Part shown: positions 25,048-37,445 of the stretch, piece after piece | How the letters are laid out: the number at the start of each line of letters is the position of its first letter | Position numbering within the stretch: position 1 is the stretch's first letter | Notes under the pieces: generated by a model | Databases searched by the model: none | What the model was told of the DNA's origin: nothing | Seen by the model: only the letters and a program-made list of their open reading frames with translations | Assembly (NCBI GenBank): GCA_025603075.1 | Contig: MU626377.1 | Location: forward strand, 306-64,305 | Origin: Neoconidiobolus thromboides FSU 785 | Lineage: Eukaryota; Fungi; Entomophthoromycota | Reading direction: 5' to 3' | DNA: 64,000 bases | Made by a program: the position numbers and the translations under genes

Positions 25048-26277
25048 ATGGAAGAAGTGCCCTACGTTAAGTATATACAAGATGTGGTTTATCCTAAATT
25101 ATCAATAATATCGGCTACCATGGCATGTATAGTGGTACTTGTAATGATTTTATTTAGTAATCAAACTATTAAGTTTTTAAGATATCAAATTAACACAAGC
25201 TATAGCTATTTATGATAAAAGTTTAGTAGATAGAGTATCTTTACGTTTACAGACTGTGATTTCATGTTATGATATTTGGGTACATACCGCTCAGATTTGG
25301 AAAAGGCAGTATCAAGATGGTCCTAGTGCTATGTGTACTTTTATAGGTTGGCAATATGTTTTCATTCCATTATTCTATGCCTTTTTAAACTTTTCGATTG
25401 GTGCTAATCTACAATTAATCTTTTTACATGGGGTTTATATTACTAAAAGGATAGAGACTCTATATTGGGTTATTCCAATAGTACTAGCTCTTATCATTTC
25501 TATACCCCCTTTAGGTTGGGTATATTAGTTCTTTCAAATTCTATTTTACTTATTTTTTTTAGCATTAGGAAAATTGGGGTATAGTGAGTTTAATGGCTGT
25601 TATACTACTGGCGAAGATGAAAACTATGGAAAGATGTTTGATTTGTATAGTTATGAAGTACCAATGTTAATTTGTATGGGATACTTGATTATAGTTGTCA
25701 TTTTAGTTATTAGGCATCTCAGTCAAGGTGCCAATATAATTAAAAAGCAGGGTAGTGTATATACTGATAATTCATCTTCAAAGGCAGTTAAAAGTTTAAG
25801 ATTATTAGCATATAGAGTGTAACTATTGTTCAATTATTTAATATTTTAATTAAGCAATTATTTAGTATGTTGTATCCCACCGTTATGATCGTTACTCATC
25901 TTGGTTTTGTTACTGCAAATACATACTACGATTTGAACACAGATCCATTAGATAATTTAGATGTATGGAATATGATATGTCGTGGATTGACTGGTACCTT
26001 GAATCTCATAGCCTTTTTGTGTGATCCCACTATACAATCCGCCTTCATAAAAGTATATGATAGGGTTATAAATAATAAGTTATTTGATAGTGAGGACACA
26101 AATAGATATGGTAAGTTTTTTATGAAAACTTATAAACTAAAACTAATTATTGTTACAGGATTTTCTAGAAGCATGGTAGAATCCGAATATCAATCGAATG
26201 GAAATATATTACCTGGCTCTTTAAATTCATCCGGTTCAAGCGAAGGAAATATTGGTGTTGTAATGCGTTCATTATAA
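25048..26277 (+). CDS. 7TM GPCR-like receptor (cAMP-receptor/Git3-like), multi-exon
   Basis: Seven hydrophobic segments across exons; DRVSLRLQTVISCYD, MCTFIGWQY, YSEFNGCY, LLAYR, GTLNLIAFLCDP. Confidence 0.75.
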
Positions 26278-26297
26278 TGATAGTTTTAAATATATCA

Positions 26298-26372
26298 GTT
26301 GAAGTAATAAAATTAAAAGTTGAAATAATAAAACTAAAAGTTGAAATAATAAAATTAAAGGTTGAAATAACA
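26298..26372. repeat. 21-bp tandem repeat, ~3.5 units (GTTGAAATAATAAAATTAAAA)
   Basis: Units at 26298, 26319, 26340 and a partial unit at 26361, in the 133-bp gap between two convergent stop codons. Confidence 0.9.
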
Positions 26373-26410
26373 AATGCGCCCATTTTTAAGTACTTTCTAA
26401 GCATCTTTTA

Positions 26411-27604
26411 TTATAAACTTTTAACAAAATCTCTCATAGTTGGATCTTCATCAAAAAATCCATCTTCATTTTTATTACTTTTGAGGTCTCCTATTCCTCC
26501 TAACTCGAACCCATCGTTTGCTATTAAAATTGTTAGTTGAAATGAATCAAAACGAATAGAAATGATTACTTGATTTTCCTTGTTTTCTATGAGATACAAA
26601 GTCATTATATACTTTTTTCAATGCAAATTGGATACTAGGATCACATAAAAAGGCTATGAGATTCAAGGTACCAGTTAATCCACGGCATATCATATTCCAT
26701 ACATCTAAATTATCTAATGGATCTGTGTTTAAATCATAATACATATTTGCAGTAACAAAACCAAGATGAGTAACGATCATAACGGTGGGATATAATAAAC
26801 TAAAGAAAGTTTGTTAATAAAGCTCGATTAAAATTAAAAAGCGAATACATCCTATAGCCTAAAAGCTTAATAACTTCAGTGTTTTGCCCACTCATTGAAT
26901 TTTGTTCATTTTTTAATACAGTAAAGCCACGTTTCAATTTCATTAAAACTAGAGTAACAGCAATGATAAGGTAAACCATAATTATAAGCATCGGAATACA
27001 ATAACTATATAAGTCAAACATCTTTCCATAGTTTTCATCTTCGCCAGTAGTATAACAGCGATTAAACTTACTATAACCTAATTTCCCTAATGCTACAAAA
27101 ATAAGTATAACATAAACTAAAAACGTGATATATCCAACCTAAAGGAGGTATCGAAATAATCAGACCTAATAATATAGGAATGATCCAATATAGAGCTTCA
27201 ATTTTTTTAGTAATTTTAACGTTATGTAGAAAGATCAATTGCAAGTTAACACCAATTGATACGTTTAAAAAAGCATAAAACAAAGGAACGAAAACATATT
27301 GCCAACCTATAAAAGTACACATAGCACTAGGGCCATTTTCGTACTGTCTTTTCCAAATCTGAGCGGTATGTAACCAAATATCATAACATGAAATCACGGT
27401 TTGTAAACGTAAAGATATTCTATCTACTAACTTTCGTTGGTAGATGGCTAGTTTTTGATGTTAGTTATAGAAGAGCATTGATAAATTCGACTTACATAAA
27501 ATTATCATTATTAAAACAACGAGCGAGGCCATTGTTGCAGAAAAAGTGGATAGTGCAAGATAGACATCATTCTGAATGTAATCCAGGTAAGTTGTCTCTT
27601 CCAT
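26411..27604 (-). CDS. 7TM GPCR-like receptor, inverted paralog of 25048-26277
   Basis: Starts MEETTYLDYIQNDVY. Same intron positions and near-identical blocks (MIVTHLGFVTAN.YYDLNTDPLDNLDVWNMICRGLTGTLNLIAFLCDP). Ends TMRDFVKSL*. Confidence 0.75.
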
Positions 27605-27912
27605 TTTTTATATTAAGTTTCAAACAAAAGAAAAGCCAATTTATGGTATCGAGTTTTTATAGCTCTTATATGACAATATAGTTTGCTATTCTGATGTTCC
27701 ATTTTCTATTTTAAGCACTATATTTGTTTTTCCACCATTATCTGTTTATTCTTTTCAATATTTTTCCTTTTACATGAATAAAAGCAATATGAAATAATGG
27801 TTATATGGAAATGTTCCAGTTTATTTTATATGATTTTATCATAGTGCATTAAGTTTATTTTTCTTTTCTTTCTTTATAGAGCATGTATTCAAAAGCCCAA
27901 TTCCCCAAATCT

Positions 27913-28018
27913 ATACAAGAATGTTTTTTAGTTTCATCACTTTTTCCATTTTTTAAGCACTATTTGAGTGTAAAGATTGTTAGTAAAATTATTAAATAAG
28001 AAAAGTACATTTCCGTGT
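27913..28018 (-). mobile_element. MITE family A copy (decayed termini)
   Basis: Conserved internal core, termini AAGAATGT...ACATTTCC. Confidence 0.75.
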
Positions 28019-28517
28019 ATTAAAATAATAGTCTATATAAAAGCGATTTTTTGTGAAAACGTATGATTTATTATTAGAGCCATTTAATATGATTAAATCT
28101 ATCAAAAGCTTACCCTGTGATATCTATTACTACTAAAAAATTCTAAACATAAAGCTGAGTGCTTCCAACTTTGTTCTTACTGAATTTTATCATATTAAAC
28201 TTCTATTTTTGTATTAAGCAAATACAAAATTGAAAATACTTTATGTTTTAAAAAATTAACTCAATTGAAACCTAAGGTTCAATATTTTTCCGATTTTACT
28301 TTAGTGCAAAAAAGGCAAATTAAGCATAAATATTGATTTTTGGGTATTGGAATTTTCAAAAAATATTTAGTTTGGTTGGATCAGAATTTTAGATTAATTG
28401 TCATGAAGTGTAAGTTTTTTCATATAAATGAATTTATGCAAAATGCTATAAAAAATTATAAATTATGTTATTTAACATAATATAAAATATGAATAAAGCA
28501 ACAATAGAAAATATAGA

Positions 28518-28667
28518 AACAATTTACATAAATCCTGGGTGTCAAACTTTTTATAATAGACATTATATTTAACTTGTTTATATATCAACTTTGAAATTTA
28601 TTTTAAACTACTACCAGTATTACATTTACTGGAAAACAACCAAATCATTTTACAATTATCACAATAC
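28518..28667. repeat. Dispersed repeat family D, copy 2
   Basis: Aligns with 20221-20378. Confidence 0.8.
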
Positions 28668-28709
28668 CACATAATCTTTTTGATTATTAGAGAATGATTT
28701 TTGCTTATC

Positions 28710-29130
28710 CAGAACTAAATTAGATGAGTATAGCTCATTATAGTTTGATTTTGATTTGAAGCTATATGCGAGCAAGGCTCATCATAGTTTAATTCTGCCC
28801 AAAAAATTTGGCAAACACTGCCTGCCCATAGTATTCAAGTGGTCAAAAATATGCCCAATTTCTTTAAGGTTTAAGCTATCTAGAAAAAAGTAATGAATAA
28901 AAAGTACACCATTTATTTGTTTCTGATATTTTGCTTAACCTTATGCTTTGCAAGTTTAAACCAAAATCAAAACTAGAAAAAACTATTTTGAATTAATTTG
29001 ACTTTTAAACCTATCCAATATTAAATCAACTATCATATAAAATTGCCTTTGCTTTAGTAATTCACTGAATTTTTAAAATTCATGTTAAGCAAAAAATGTA
29101 CAAAGATTATCCCAAAACCGTATCTCTATA
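28710..29130 (+). mobile_element. Possible non-LTR retrotransposon 3' remnant (zf-RVT-like)
   Basis: Decayed frame ACP*...E*KVHHLFVSD...FALVIH*IFKIH resembles the CxxC..E...HLF..C...W.IWK tail of LINE ORF2. Confidence 0.3.
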
Positions 29131-29218
29131 TAAATTGTGCTTAATTACCCTTCTCGTTATTTTTATACTCAGAGTTTTAATTTAAGTTCAATAGTTATAT
29201 TAAATACTAAGCCCTTGC

Positions 29219-29300
29219 ATATGGGCATATCTTTTTTAGAAATTCTACTGATAACTTTTCTATTCAATAACGCTTAAAAATGGAAAACAAATGAAAACGA
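29219..29300 (+). mobile_element. MITE family A, degenerate 3'-truncated copy
   Basis: ATAT-GGGCATAT...AATAACGCTTAAAAATGGAAAA. Confidence 0.55.
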
Positions 29301-29405
29301 AAAGAGGAAAGTTGTTAGTTACAACATAGATTTTTTTCAAAAGTTAAATTCTTAATTGGAAAGATATACTGTTGCTGCTTTGGATTTGCTCAAAAAAAAA
29401 GAAAC

Positions 29406-29509
29406 ATATGGGGATGTTTTTTGACTTCATCACTTTTTCCATCTTTTAAGCACTATTTGAGCGGAAAAATAGTAGTAAAATTCTTAAATACAAAAGTACA
29501 CCCCCATAT
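29406..29509 (-). mobile_element. MITE family A copy
   Basis: Full copy, flanks ATAT/ATAT. Confidence 0.9.
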
Positions 29510-29838
29510 CCAAGAACCTAATACAATCAAAAATTAATTTAGTTATTTAAAAATTAGGTTAATTGCTTGTAGAATAATGTTTTTAATGACATAATACTTG
29601 ATATTTAACATGAGATATCATTTGTGTAAATTTCCATATAAATTTTATCCTTAATATAATGGTAAGGTTTACTTTTATACTTAGGATAATAAATCTTGGA
29701 TGTTTATATTTTTATTTGTTAAAAGAATGATTGAGAAATAAAAACAAATAAAGAACTACATAGGTTATATCCTTGAAACTCATCCCCCATGTATTTTCAA
29801 CCTATTATTAATAACCATAGGAAATAATCTATAATAAT

Positions 29839-31421
29839 TTATTCTGGAACTTCAACCCTAACCTTTGCTTCAAGGATTAACGACTTCCAATCTGACCTTA
29901 AACAAATATATGCAAGGGATGATCCGGTTCCAAATAAGGCTATACAAATACCCATCCATATACCTTGTAATCCATAATCAAGATAGAATGCCATAAACAT
30001 CCCAATCGGAATAGCAAAATAATACCAAGATACTATATTTATTATTGCTCCTATCTTTTGCTTTCCTTGACCCCTTAAAATACCACTCCCACAATAAGCA
30101 ATACTACCAAATACCTTAACAAAAATTAGAAATCATCTAATCATAACAAGTTAATATACTTACATGATATATGCATATCATCGGTATCAAAGTAATTAAT
30201 ATGCTATTAAGCTTCTCTTCTTTGGCAAAAATCAAACTAATCTGCTTTCTAAATACACCCAAAATTGTTGAATTAAAGCACGATATAGCAATACCTAAGT
30301 AGAAAGAACATAGACTTGCTAATTTAGCACGATTTATCTGTCTAGCTCCTAGTAAGTTACCGATACGATTGCTTGTAGCAATGCCTACACCCAATGGAAA
30401 AGCATAGACTATTGCGTCGATATTTAAAGCAATATAATGTGCAGCTAAGGGATTTGGACCTAAATAATTTGATTTAAAATATAAATTAAAGTATTGAGTA
30501 ATCAGCTTTACCTAAATAACTTATAGTCAAAGATAATATACTCCATGCCCACCATTCTGAGCATAGCATTAATACACCAGATGCACCTAATTTTAAGTAG
30601 GGCTTCCAGTTAGTCAAGCATTCTTTTGACCATCCTCCCCAACATTCTTTTCCTTCAATGAAAAATATATACCCTAAAGTAAGCGAGAACATTAACCAAT
30701 TTCCTACCACTACTGTTAATGGTGCTCCGAGAAACCCAACTTTTGTGGCAGGATTCCACATCAACATATAATTAACAAACAATGTAATAGGAACAGCTAT
30801 AATTAAAACCCAAGTTTGAGCCCTCATTATTTTCTGTGCTTGTAAATATTTTTTAAGACATTCAAAAAAAATATAAGGTGGAGAGCCTAAAATTAATATT
30901 CGTAGAAATTGTGCGCTAAGTTCTATAAGTTCTGGATCTTGTCTTAAGAACATCAGTATAGGTTTAGCGTTCCACCATAATAGATAGATGGGTATTGACA
31001 TGATCATTTGAATAACTATCCCTCTTTGTAAATGTATACCAACTTGATGCTTACTATTTGCTCCAGTAAACGCTTGAGAGCATAAAGTATCTAAAGCAGT
31101 AGCCATTCCTAAACTAATCGAGTTCCCAGTTGTAGTAGCAATTACAGAACTAAGGGCTACTGCACTTACTTGAATTGGACCATACTGACTAACACTATAA
31201 ATATTTACAATAGGAATACTAAAATGGATTAGCATTGATAGCATAATCGGTATGGCTGAAGTGAGTAAATATATAAATTCGTTTTTTATAGCTTTTGTTT
31301 TAAAGGGGATTGTGATATCATTAGCTTCAGAATCTTCATGCTGAAGCAAATGTGTACTTTCCATAGCACCTTCTTCTGTATTCATGACATCTCTTTCAAT
31401 CAACTTATCATTTCCTTCCAT
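29839..31421 (-). CDS. MATE family efflux transporter, 3 exons
   Basis: LGMATALDTLCSQAF, LKKYLQAQ, SEWWAW, NRIGNLLG, GILRGQGKQKIGA. Ends VRVEVPE*. Confidence 0.93.
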
Positions 31422-32826
31422 TTCAATTAAAATTTAAAAATGATATTTAAAAATATATGCTTTCGTTGCTTTTATACTCTCAACGTTAAACATAATAGAA
31501 TAAATTTTCGAATTTTACCAAATATATTAAATTAAAAAAGCATAAAGTTTTATTGGATTACTACTTTTAGCATTAAGCTAAAAAAAAGGTAAAAAAATAT
31601 AAAAATCAGTATGGGAAATCCCGAAATTACGAATAACTTGATTAAGTTTTATCGCCAAAAATCGCAAATTAAAAAAATAGAATTGGTTCCGTGATAAAAT
31701 ATTATTTACTTTAGTATAACTTATCTCTATCTACTGAGTATAACTTCAATTTAAACATGGGTTGGGGATTTTCTACTTTGTATTTAATAGAAAAATAGAG
31801 GCAATCCTGATAACTAAATTAAGAAAATGCAAAATTAAAATATCTAATTCATATTCAAATCAAAGCATTTGTATCTTTTTAAAAATAAATTGCCAAAAAT
31901 AGAGTTTCTAAATTGCATAATTAAAATTACTAACTTTATTTAGCTAGCCTGATTTGGTCTTTAAACTATAAACTGTGGTATGTTATATAACTATTTACTT
32001 TATATAAATTTTAATATCTAAATATATTAATATTAATATTAATACCAGATATTGTTACTGGTGATGTTAAAACAATTGACCAACTTATAGATCCTAATTT
32101 TAAATAAATTTAAAAATTATATTATGTATAAAGTTAACTTTATAACTTATTAATTTATGATATTCAAACTATTATAAAAATAACTCAAATGATAAAAATT
32201 TACTTTACAACTATAACTTTGAACATGTATCTTTTTTTTAAATCTTGAAGGAGAGAAATTCATAAGTGGTTTATCCTTGGAGGTAAGTAGAAATATAAGA
32301 GAAGTAAATAATAAGTAGAACGCGTGAAGGAAAGAGTAAAATGAGAGTAAAAGGGGGCTTATGCTATAGTTGAAGTATAGGTTTATTTATTTATTTTAAG
32401 TATAGTAACATAGTAGTAAATACTTTGAAATAGGATAAAACAAAATAGAATATGAAAGCAGTATTAAATATAGTGTGATACAAACTCTTAAAAAATTTAT
32501 TTATTTAAAGTTATTTTTTTATAATGTTTGAATAAAACGCTTAATACTGATAAAAATATTTTTATAACAACTTAGTTTTCATAAAAACTTAATGAAAAAA
32601 GTCATTTCCACATTTTGTATTATAATAATCTTTTACCAATAGCATTTTGTTTATCAAACTTTCAAAAAACTGATATATTATATTGTGGGTATCAATCTTT
32701 TGTACGTATTATAATATTATTAATGATATAGAGTTAATCTATTTCAAATATCATTAAATTCCACAACAAGGTGCACCATACACTCTCACTGCCCTATTCT
32801 CGGTTTTAAATAACATAAGGTTCAAG

Positions 32827-32929
32827 TTATGGGGATGTATTTTTGTGTTTAAGAATTTTATTAATAGTCTTTCCACTCAAATAACGCTTAAAATGGAAAA
32901 AGTAATGAAACCAAAAAATATTCCCATAT
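32827..32929 (+). mobile_element. MITE family A copy
   Basis: Full copy, flanks TTAT/ATAT, 238 bp upstream of the GST pseudogene ATG. Confidence 0.88.
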
Positions 32930-33166
32930 GATTACTAATAATAACCTTTTCCTTATTGCGAAAACTATAATAGTTAATCCAACCTTTAAAACTATTGATT
33001 GCCGAAGCCTTTATTATGTCTAATTTACCTTAAAAACTACCAAACGGACTTGTATTAATAATCATATAGTAGCTTAGTCAAAATAAGAGAATATATATGA
33101 TACAAATATATATAAGCTCAAAAGAAATAAACATAGCGGATAAAAACTCAAATTATAACTATAAAA

Positions 33167-34096
33167 ATGTCAGAAGTTAAAATTCCTTTATATACCGCTG
33201 GTAGGCCTATATTTTAACAGAAAAGTAGCAAGCCTTATATTTATACTGGGTACTCCAAACGGTCACAAAGTAAGTATTGCATTAGAACTGTTGAATATCC
33301 CATATAAAGCATATAGCATCTCTTTTGCCAATAATGAACAAAAAGAAGACTAGTCTTTAAAGATTAGCCCAAATGGACATATCCCAGCTATTGTTGATCA
33401 TACCAATAATGACTTTTCTGTATTTGAATCTGGCGCTATCTTATTATATCTTGCTGATAAATATGGCCCAGAATACAAACTATTACTAGAGGACAATAAA
33501 TCGAAATCAGAGGCTATCAAATGGGTAAGCTGATTATAGCTATTTTTGTGATTGGTTCCAATATTACTTTATAGTTGATGTGGCAAATGGATGGACTTGG
33601 ACCAATGATGGGACAATTTACTCACTTTTCACATTATGCATCAGAAAAAATTTAATATGGAGTCAGCCGTTACCAAAATGAGAACAAAAGATTGGTTTCG
33701 GTGAGTGGTTCTTTAAGATCGGTTTAGTTTTTGTACTGATTTTTTGTTTTTCAGGTACTTGAAACTCATTTACAAGGTAAAAGTTATCTAATTGGCAAAA
33801 CGCTTACTGTTTCTGATATCTCTTCCTTCCCTTGGTAAGTTACTGATGATTCCACTATGTTTTTTAAAGTTAAGTTGATCTTTAGGGTACGTTATACACC
33901 TTGGGCCGGCGTTGAGTTATATAACTTCCTAAATATTAATTCATGGTTAGATAAATAGGAAGAAATTGATTATATTAAAAGAGGTTTAGATATACCAGAA
34001 AAAAATACAATTAAAGAAATGTTGAAAGATTCTAAATTAGCTGAACAAAAAACAAAGGAAGCTTCTGCTTGGATTTTAAAGAATCAACAAAAATAA
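33167..34096 (+). pseudogene. GST (Ure2p/YfcG-like) pseudogene
   Basis: [31 protein letters not shown]. In-frame stops at 33351 (EDW>ED*), 33653 and 33956; introns retained. Confidence 0.85.
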
Positions 34097-34297
34097 AAAC
34101 AAATTATTTTTAGTTGTACTAATATTATTCATTTTGTAATACCTCTTAATGCAGAAATAAACAAATTTGTTTAACGATATTAGTTTTAGTTAAAAGTATA
34201 TATTTGGATTAAGATTATTGTTGAGACCTTTCTTATATTTTATAAAATTGATTATTTAGTAAACTCTTAGGTTGGGATATGATATTTATATAAATTC

Positions 34298-34325
34298 TAC
34301 TACCTCTGTCCCAAAACAAGTGTCC
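34298..34325 (+). mobile_element. Isolated Stowaway/mariner-like terminal sequence
   Basis: TA-CTACCTCTGTCCCAAAACAAGTGTC. A related TA-CTACCTCTGTC is at 5099-5111. No partner end found. Confidence 0.35.
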
Positions 34326-35669
34326 AATTCATACTAATCAATTTCAAGAAAGCTAAAATCCTTATTTTCTAAAAGGATTTATTACGAATTATCGTTAAGT
34401 AAAAACATGAAAGTCAAACACTACAAACCGCAAATGGACGTTGAATCCCCCTTTACTAACAATTTATGGCTTCTTTATGCTTCAATTTTCATCAAAAGCC
34501 TTCCCCTTGATTTCTATCCTTTGATTTTATCGCGACCCTATTTCCCGATCCTTCGGGTTTCTTTCATTCTCTTTTTGCTTCCTTGGTGGTATGAGTTATT
34601 TATAGAACCTTCTAGACATTTCATTTAAGTTAATAGACTCACCTCTGTTGCTCCAAGTTGTGTTTTTAAAATAGGAAGCCCTAGTTCATTGTAAACGTAA
34701 GCATCTCCTAACAATTGCTATGCGTTATCAGAGCGGCCTGAAATATACTCTCGGTCTCATGTCCTCTTCTGGTGTTACTAAAAAATACACCTTTATTGCT
34801 TTCTTTTAATTTCATTCATCTGTATTCTCATTAATTTTGATAGGAATGAATTCCGCTACCTTTAATTGTGATAGATATGTTTAAAAGAAAGCTATATGAA
34901 AGTAATAAATTGGTCTTTAAGAATTTATTTCATACTATATTTTATATCAAATACAAATAATTTTAAAAAGAACCCTATTGGCTAAACAGGATTTTAATAG
35001 TTAATAGTTTATATTTAATATATATATATTTAAATTATTTATAATCGATATATAATAATAATGTAAAATATAAAAGGAAAACCTTAGCAAAGAATGCTTA
35101 ATAATCTTGAACTATGAATAGTTTTTATTTGATATTATTATCCAATAATAGATGTACTTTTAGTGAATTTAAATAGTTTCTTATAAATAATTTTTAAATT
35201 ATGACAAAATACCAAATTTGATCACTTTCTATTAGTCATTTTCTATATTATAATGAGAATTACTGTTAGGTACTAATTTAGCTTTTTATTTGTACTCGTT
35301 CTCACAAAGCTTTAACATTATTTTGATTAATGTCCCTCACTTATATAATCAGCTTGAGTTAATACTATACTAATCAATAAGCATAAATTATATAGAGGTA
35401 TTTAATAGTATTTCAACTATCGTCATTTTAATAAAACACTATGATGTTAGAATCAATTCAATTATTAGTAATAAGCCAAGTAAAATTTTACTCAGCTATC
35501 AACTTAATATTTGTTAAGTTGAACTTTTATAAATCAAAATTGTAATTGATATAAATAAGCTTACAATTTAAACTTTTTGTAGAAAATAATATTATAATTG
35601 TAATTGTAATTGGTTTCAACTAACGTCAGTACTTCTAAATAATCAGATGAAGTTTCAACACTAAGTGAT

Positions 35670-36419
35670 ATGGATAGCAGTTTGACTAATAATACAATAG
35701 AAAAAGCAAGAAAAAAGCGAATAGTGTTAAATATGCATGACAAAAAAGCAATTGTAAAGCTAGTAAATAAAGGCATGAGCCACAAAATGGTAGCTGAAAA
35801 ATTTAACGTAGCGCGAAGTACCATTACAAAATTAGCTTTAAGAAAAGAAGAAATCTTAAACTATCCAATTTTAGATAATGATCCACGCAAATGCTTTAAA
35901 AAGGAGACTGATGATGAGGTGGGCAATCATCTATACAAATGGTGTACAGAAGGACGGGAATTAGATTTGAAAGAGGTCACTATGCTTGATCCATCGCTCT
36001 CTTTAGATTTCATTATCAATAAAGCAAAGGAAATTGCTGATGACTTAGATTTAACAAGCTTAATTATCAATACTTCTTGGGCTAGAAAATTTTTAAGAAG
36101 GTATAAATTAAAGCTTTATTATTTAGATGTTAATTCTAGTACCTTAGATCACAGCCAAAATCAATCAGAGTTAAACACATATCCTACTTACTACCAAAGC
36201 ATGTCATTACCTGCTACTTGTCCCCTAAATTTAGAATTTCCATTACTTAATAATGACTTATTTTGTGGCAATGTTGAACATACCTCTCTGGTAAGTACTA
36301 CCAACCTAAATGTTTCGGCAGCCTCTTTGGATCCTTTTAATCTAATTTTAGATACTAAAAATCATGATTTTAGTAATTTCATAAATAATCCTCATCTTGA
36401 TTTTCCCTATTTTAAATAA
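35670..36419 (+). CDS. CENP-B/pogo-Tigger-type double HTH DNA-binding protein lacking the DDE domain
   Basis: HTH_psq-like KKRIVLNMHDKKAIV...VAEKFNVARSTITKL; Tc5-HTH-like LYKW...IINKAKEIA...SWARKFLRRY; low-complexity S/T/N/P tail; intact, intronless. Confidence 0.8.
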   Translation: MDSSLTNNTIEKARKKRIVLNMHDKKAIVKLVNKGMSHKMVAEKFNVARSTITKLALRKEEILNYPILDNDPRKCFKKETDDEVGNHLYKWCTEGRELDLKEVTMLDPSLSLDFIINKAKEIADDLDLTSLIINTSWARKFLRRYKLKLYYLDVNSSTLDHSQNQSELNTYPTYYQSMSLPATCPLNLEFPLLNNDLFCGNVEHTSLVSTTNLNVSAASLDPFNLILDTKNHDFSNFINNPHLDFPYFK

Positions 36420-37445
36420 CTAAATAAAAGTCATATAAGTTTTTTAGTGGTTGTCATTTAATCATTGCTCTTTATATTAATTAGCTTATAAAACTAGACG
36501 TTTTTAATAAAATGAAACACTATTATCTTTATTAAAAATAAAGACATGCTTATGGTCCAAAACTACAAGAGCCTAGTTATGTACTAAATACTTTATTACA
36601 ACCATAAATGAAGTCTGAATCAAAATTTCCGGGTGTTGATTGAACTATATTTTAACTTTAATCATTTTTTTGTACTATTTTCTCTATTCTTATCACATAA
36701 TATTATAATATTGTAAAAAAATAGATAATTAATAATTAATCATTTAAATCTTACATAATCAAGTTCTTGGTTTTAATATTGTATTTTTTTTGATTAGCTT
36801 TTTAACTGTTGAACCTTAATTTGCTTAAATTATAAAATTAAATTTACCACTTATAAAAATAAGCTTTCCCAGCATAAAAGTTGCTTTAATCGAAGGCTTT
36901 CATGGCATTATTAACATCAGATATTTTGGTTTAAATAACTTTGAAGCTTTTCAAAGCTACCATATTATAGCTAAGAGCCGATGTAATCATGATGATGGCA
37001 GTTTTTCTTTTACTTTTTTCTATATCGACGTAGTTCAAGCTACTATCAAGTTTAAGTTTCATTATAGTGTTAATGTATTGGGACTTTATAGTATTTTAAT
37101 GTAGGTTTATGTAACTATGATAATAGTTTGTTACAAGGATTTGGATATTCATAGTACTATAACTTTAATTTAAAGCGATTTCTTTAATTGGATTATTAAT
37201 AAATACCAAATAAACTATTTCATTACTAACAATAATGAATTAAGTTTAAATTGTAATATACGCAATCTATTTTTAGTTAAACTGGGATTTAATAACTTAC
37301 TACAGATTGTTATTTATATCTAATTGAGATCACGTTAGTTTTTATTAATTTGAATTTTATTTGAAAGATTAATTAGAGTTATATGAAAGAAAGCGAGATA
37401 ATAATAGAACGATAAAAAAGAAGAATTCACGTGTACAATTACGGC

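Noticed and set aside
32127-32144. Perfect 18-bp palindrome TATAAAGTTAACTTTATA
   Set aside because: Almost all A/T and single-copy, so plausible by chance at this composition.
34400-34800. GC-richer patch and ORF 34407-34628 after the Stowaway-like end
   Set aside because: Six-frame reading showed no mariner or other recognisable motif.
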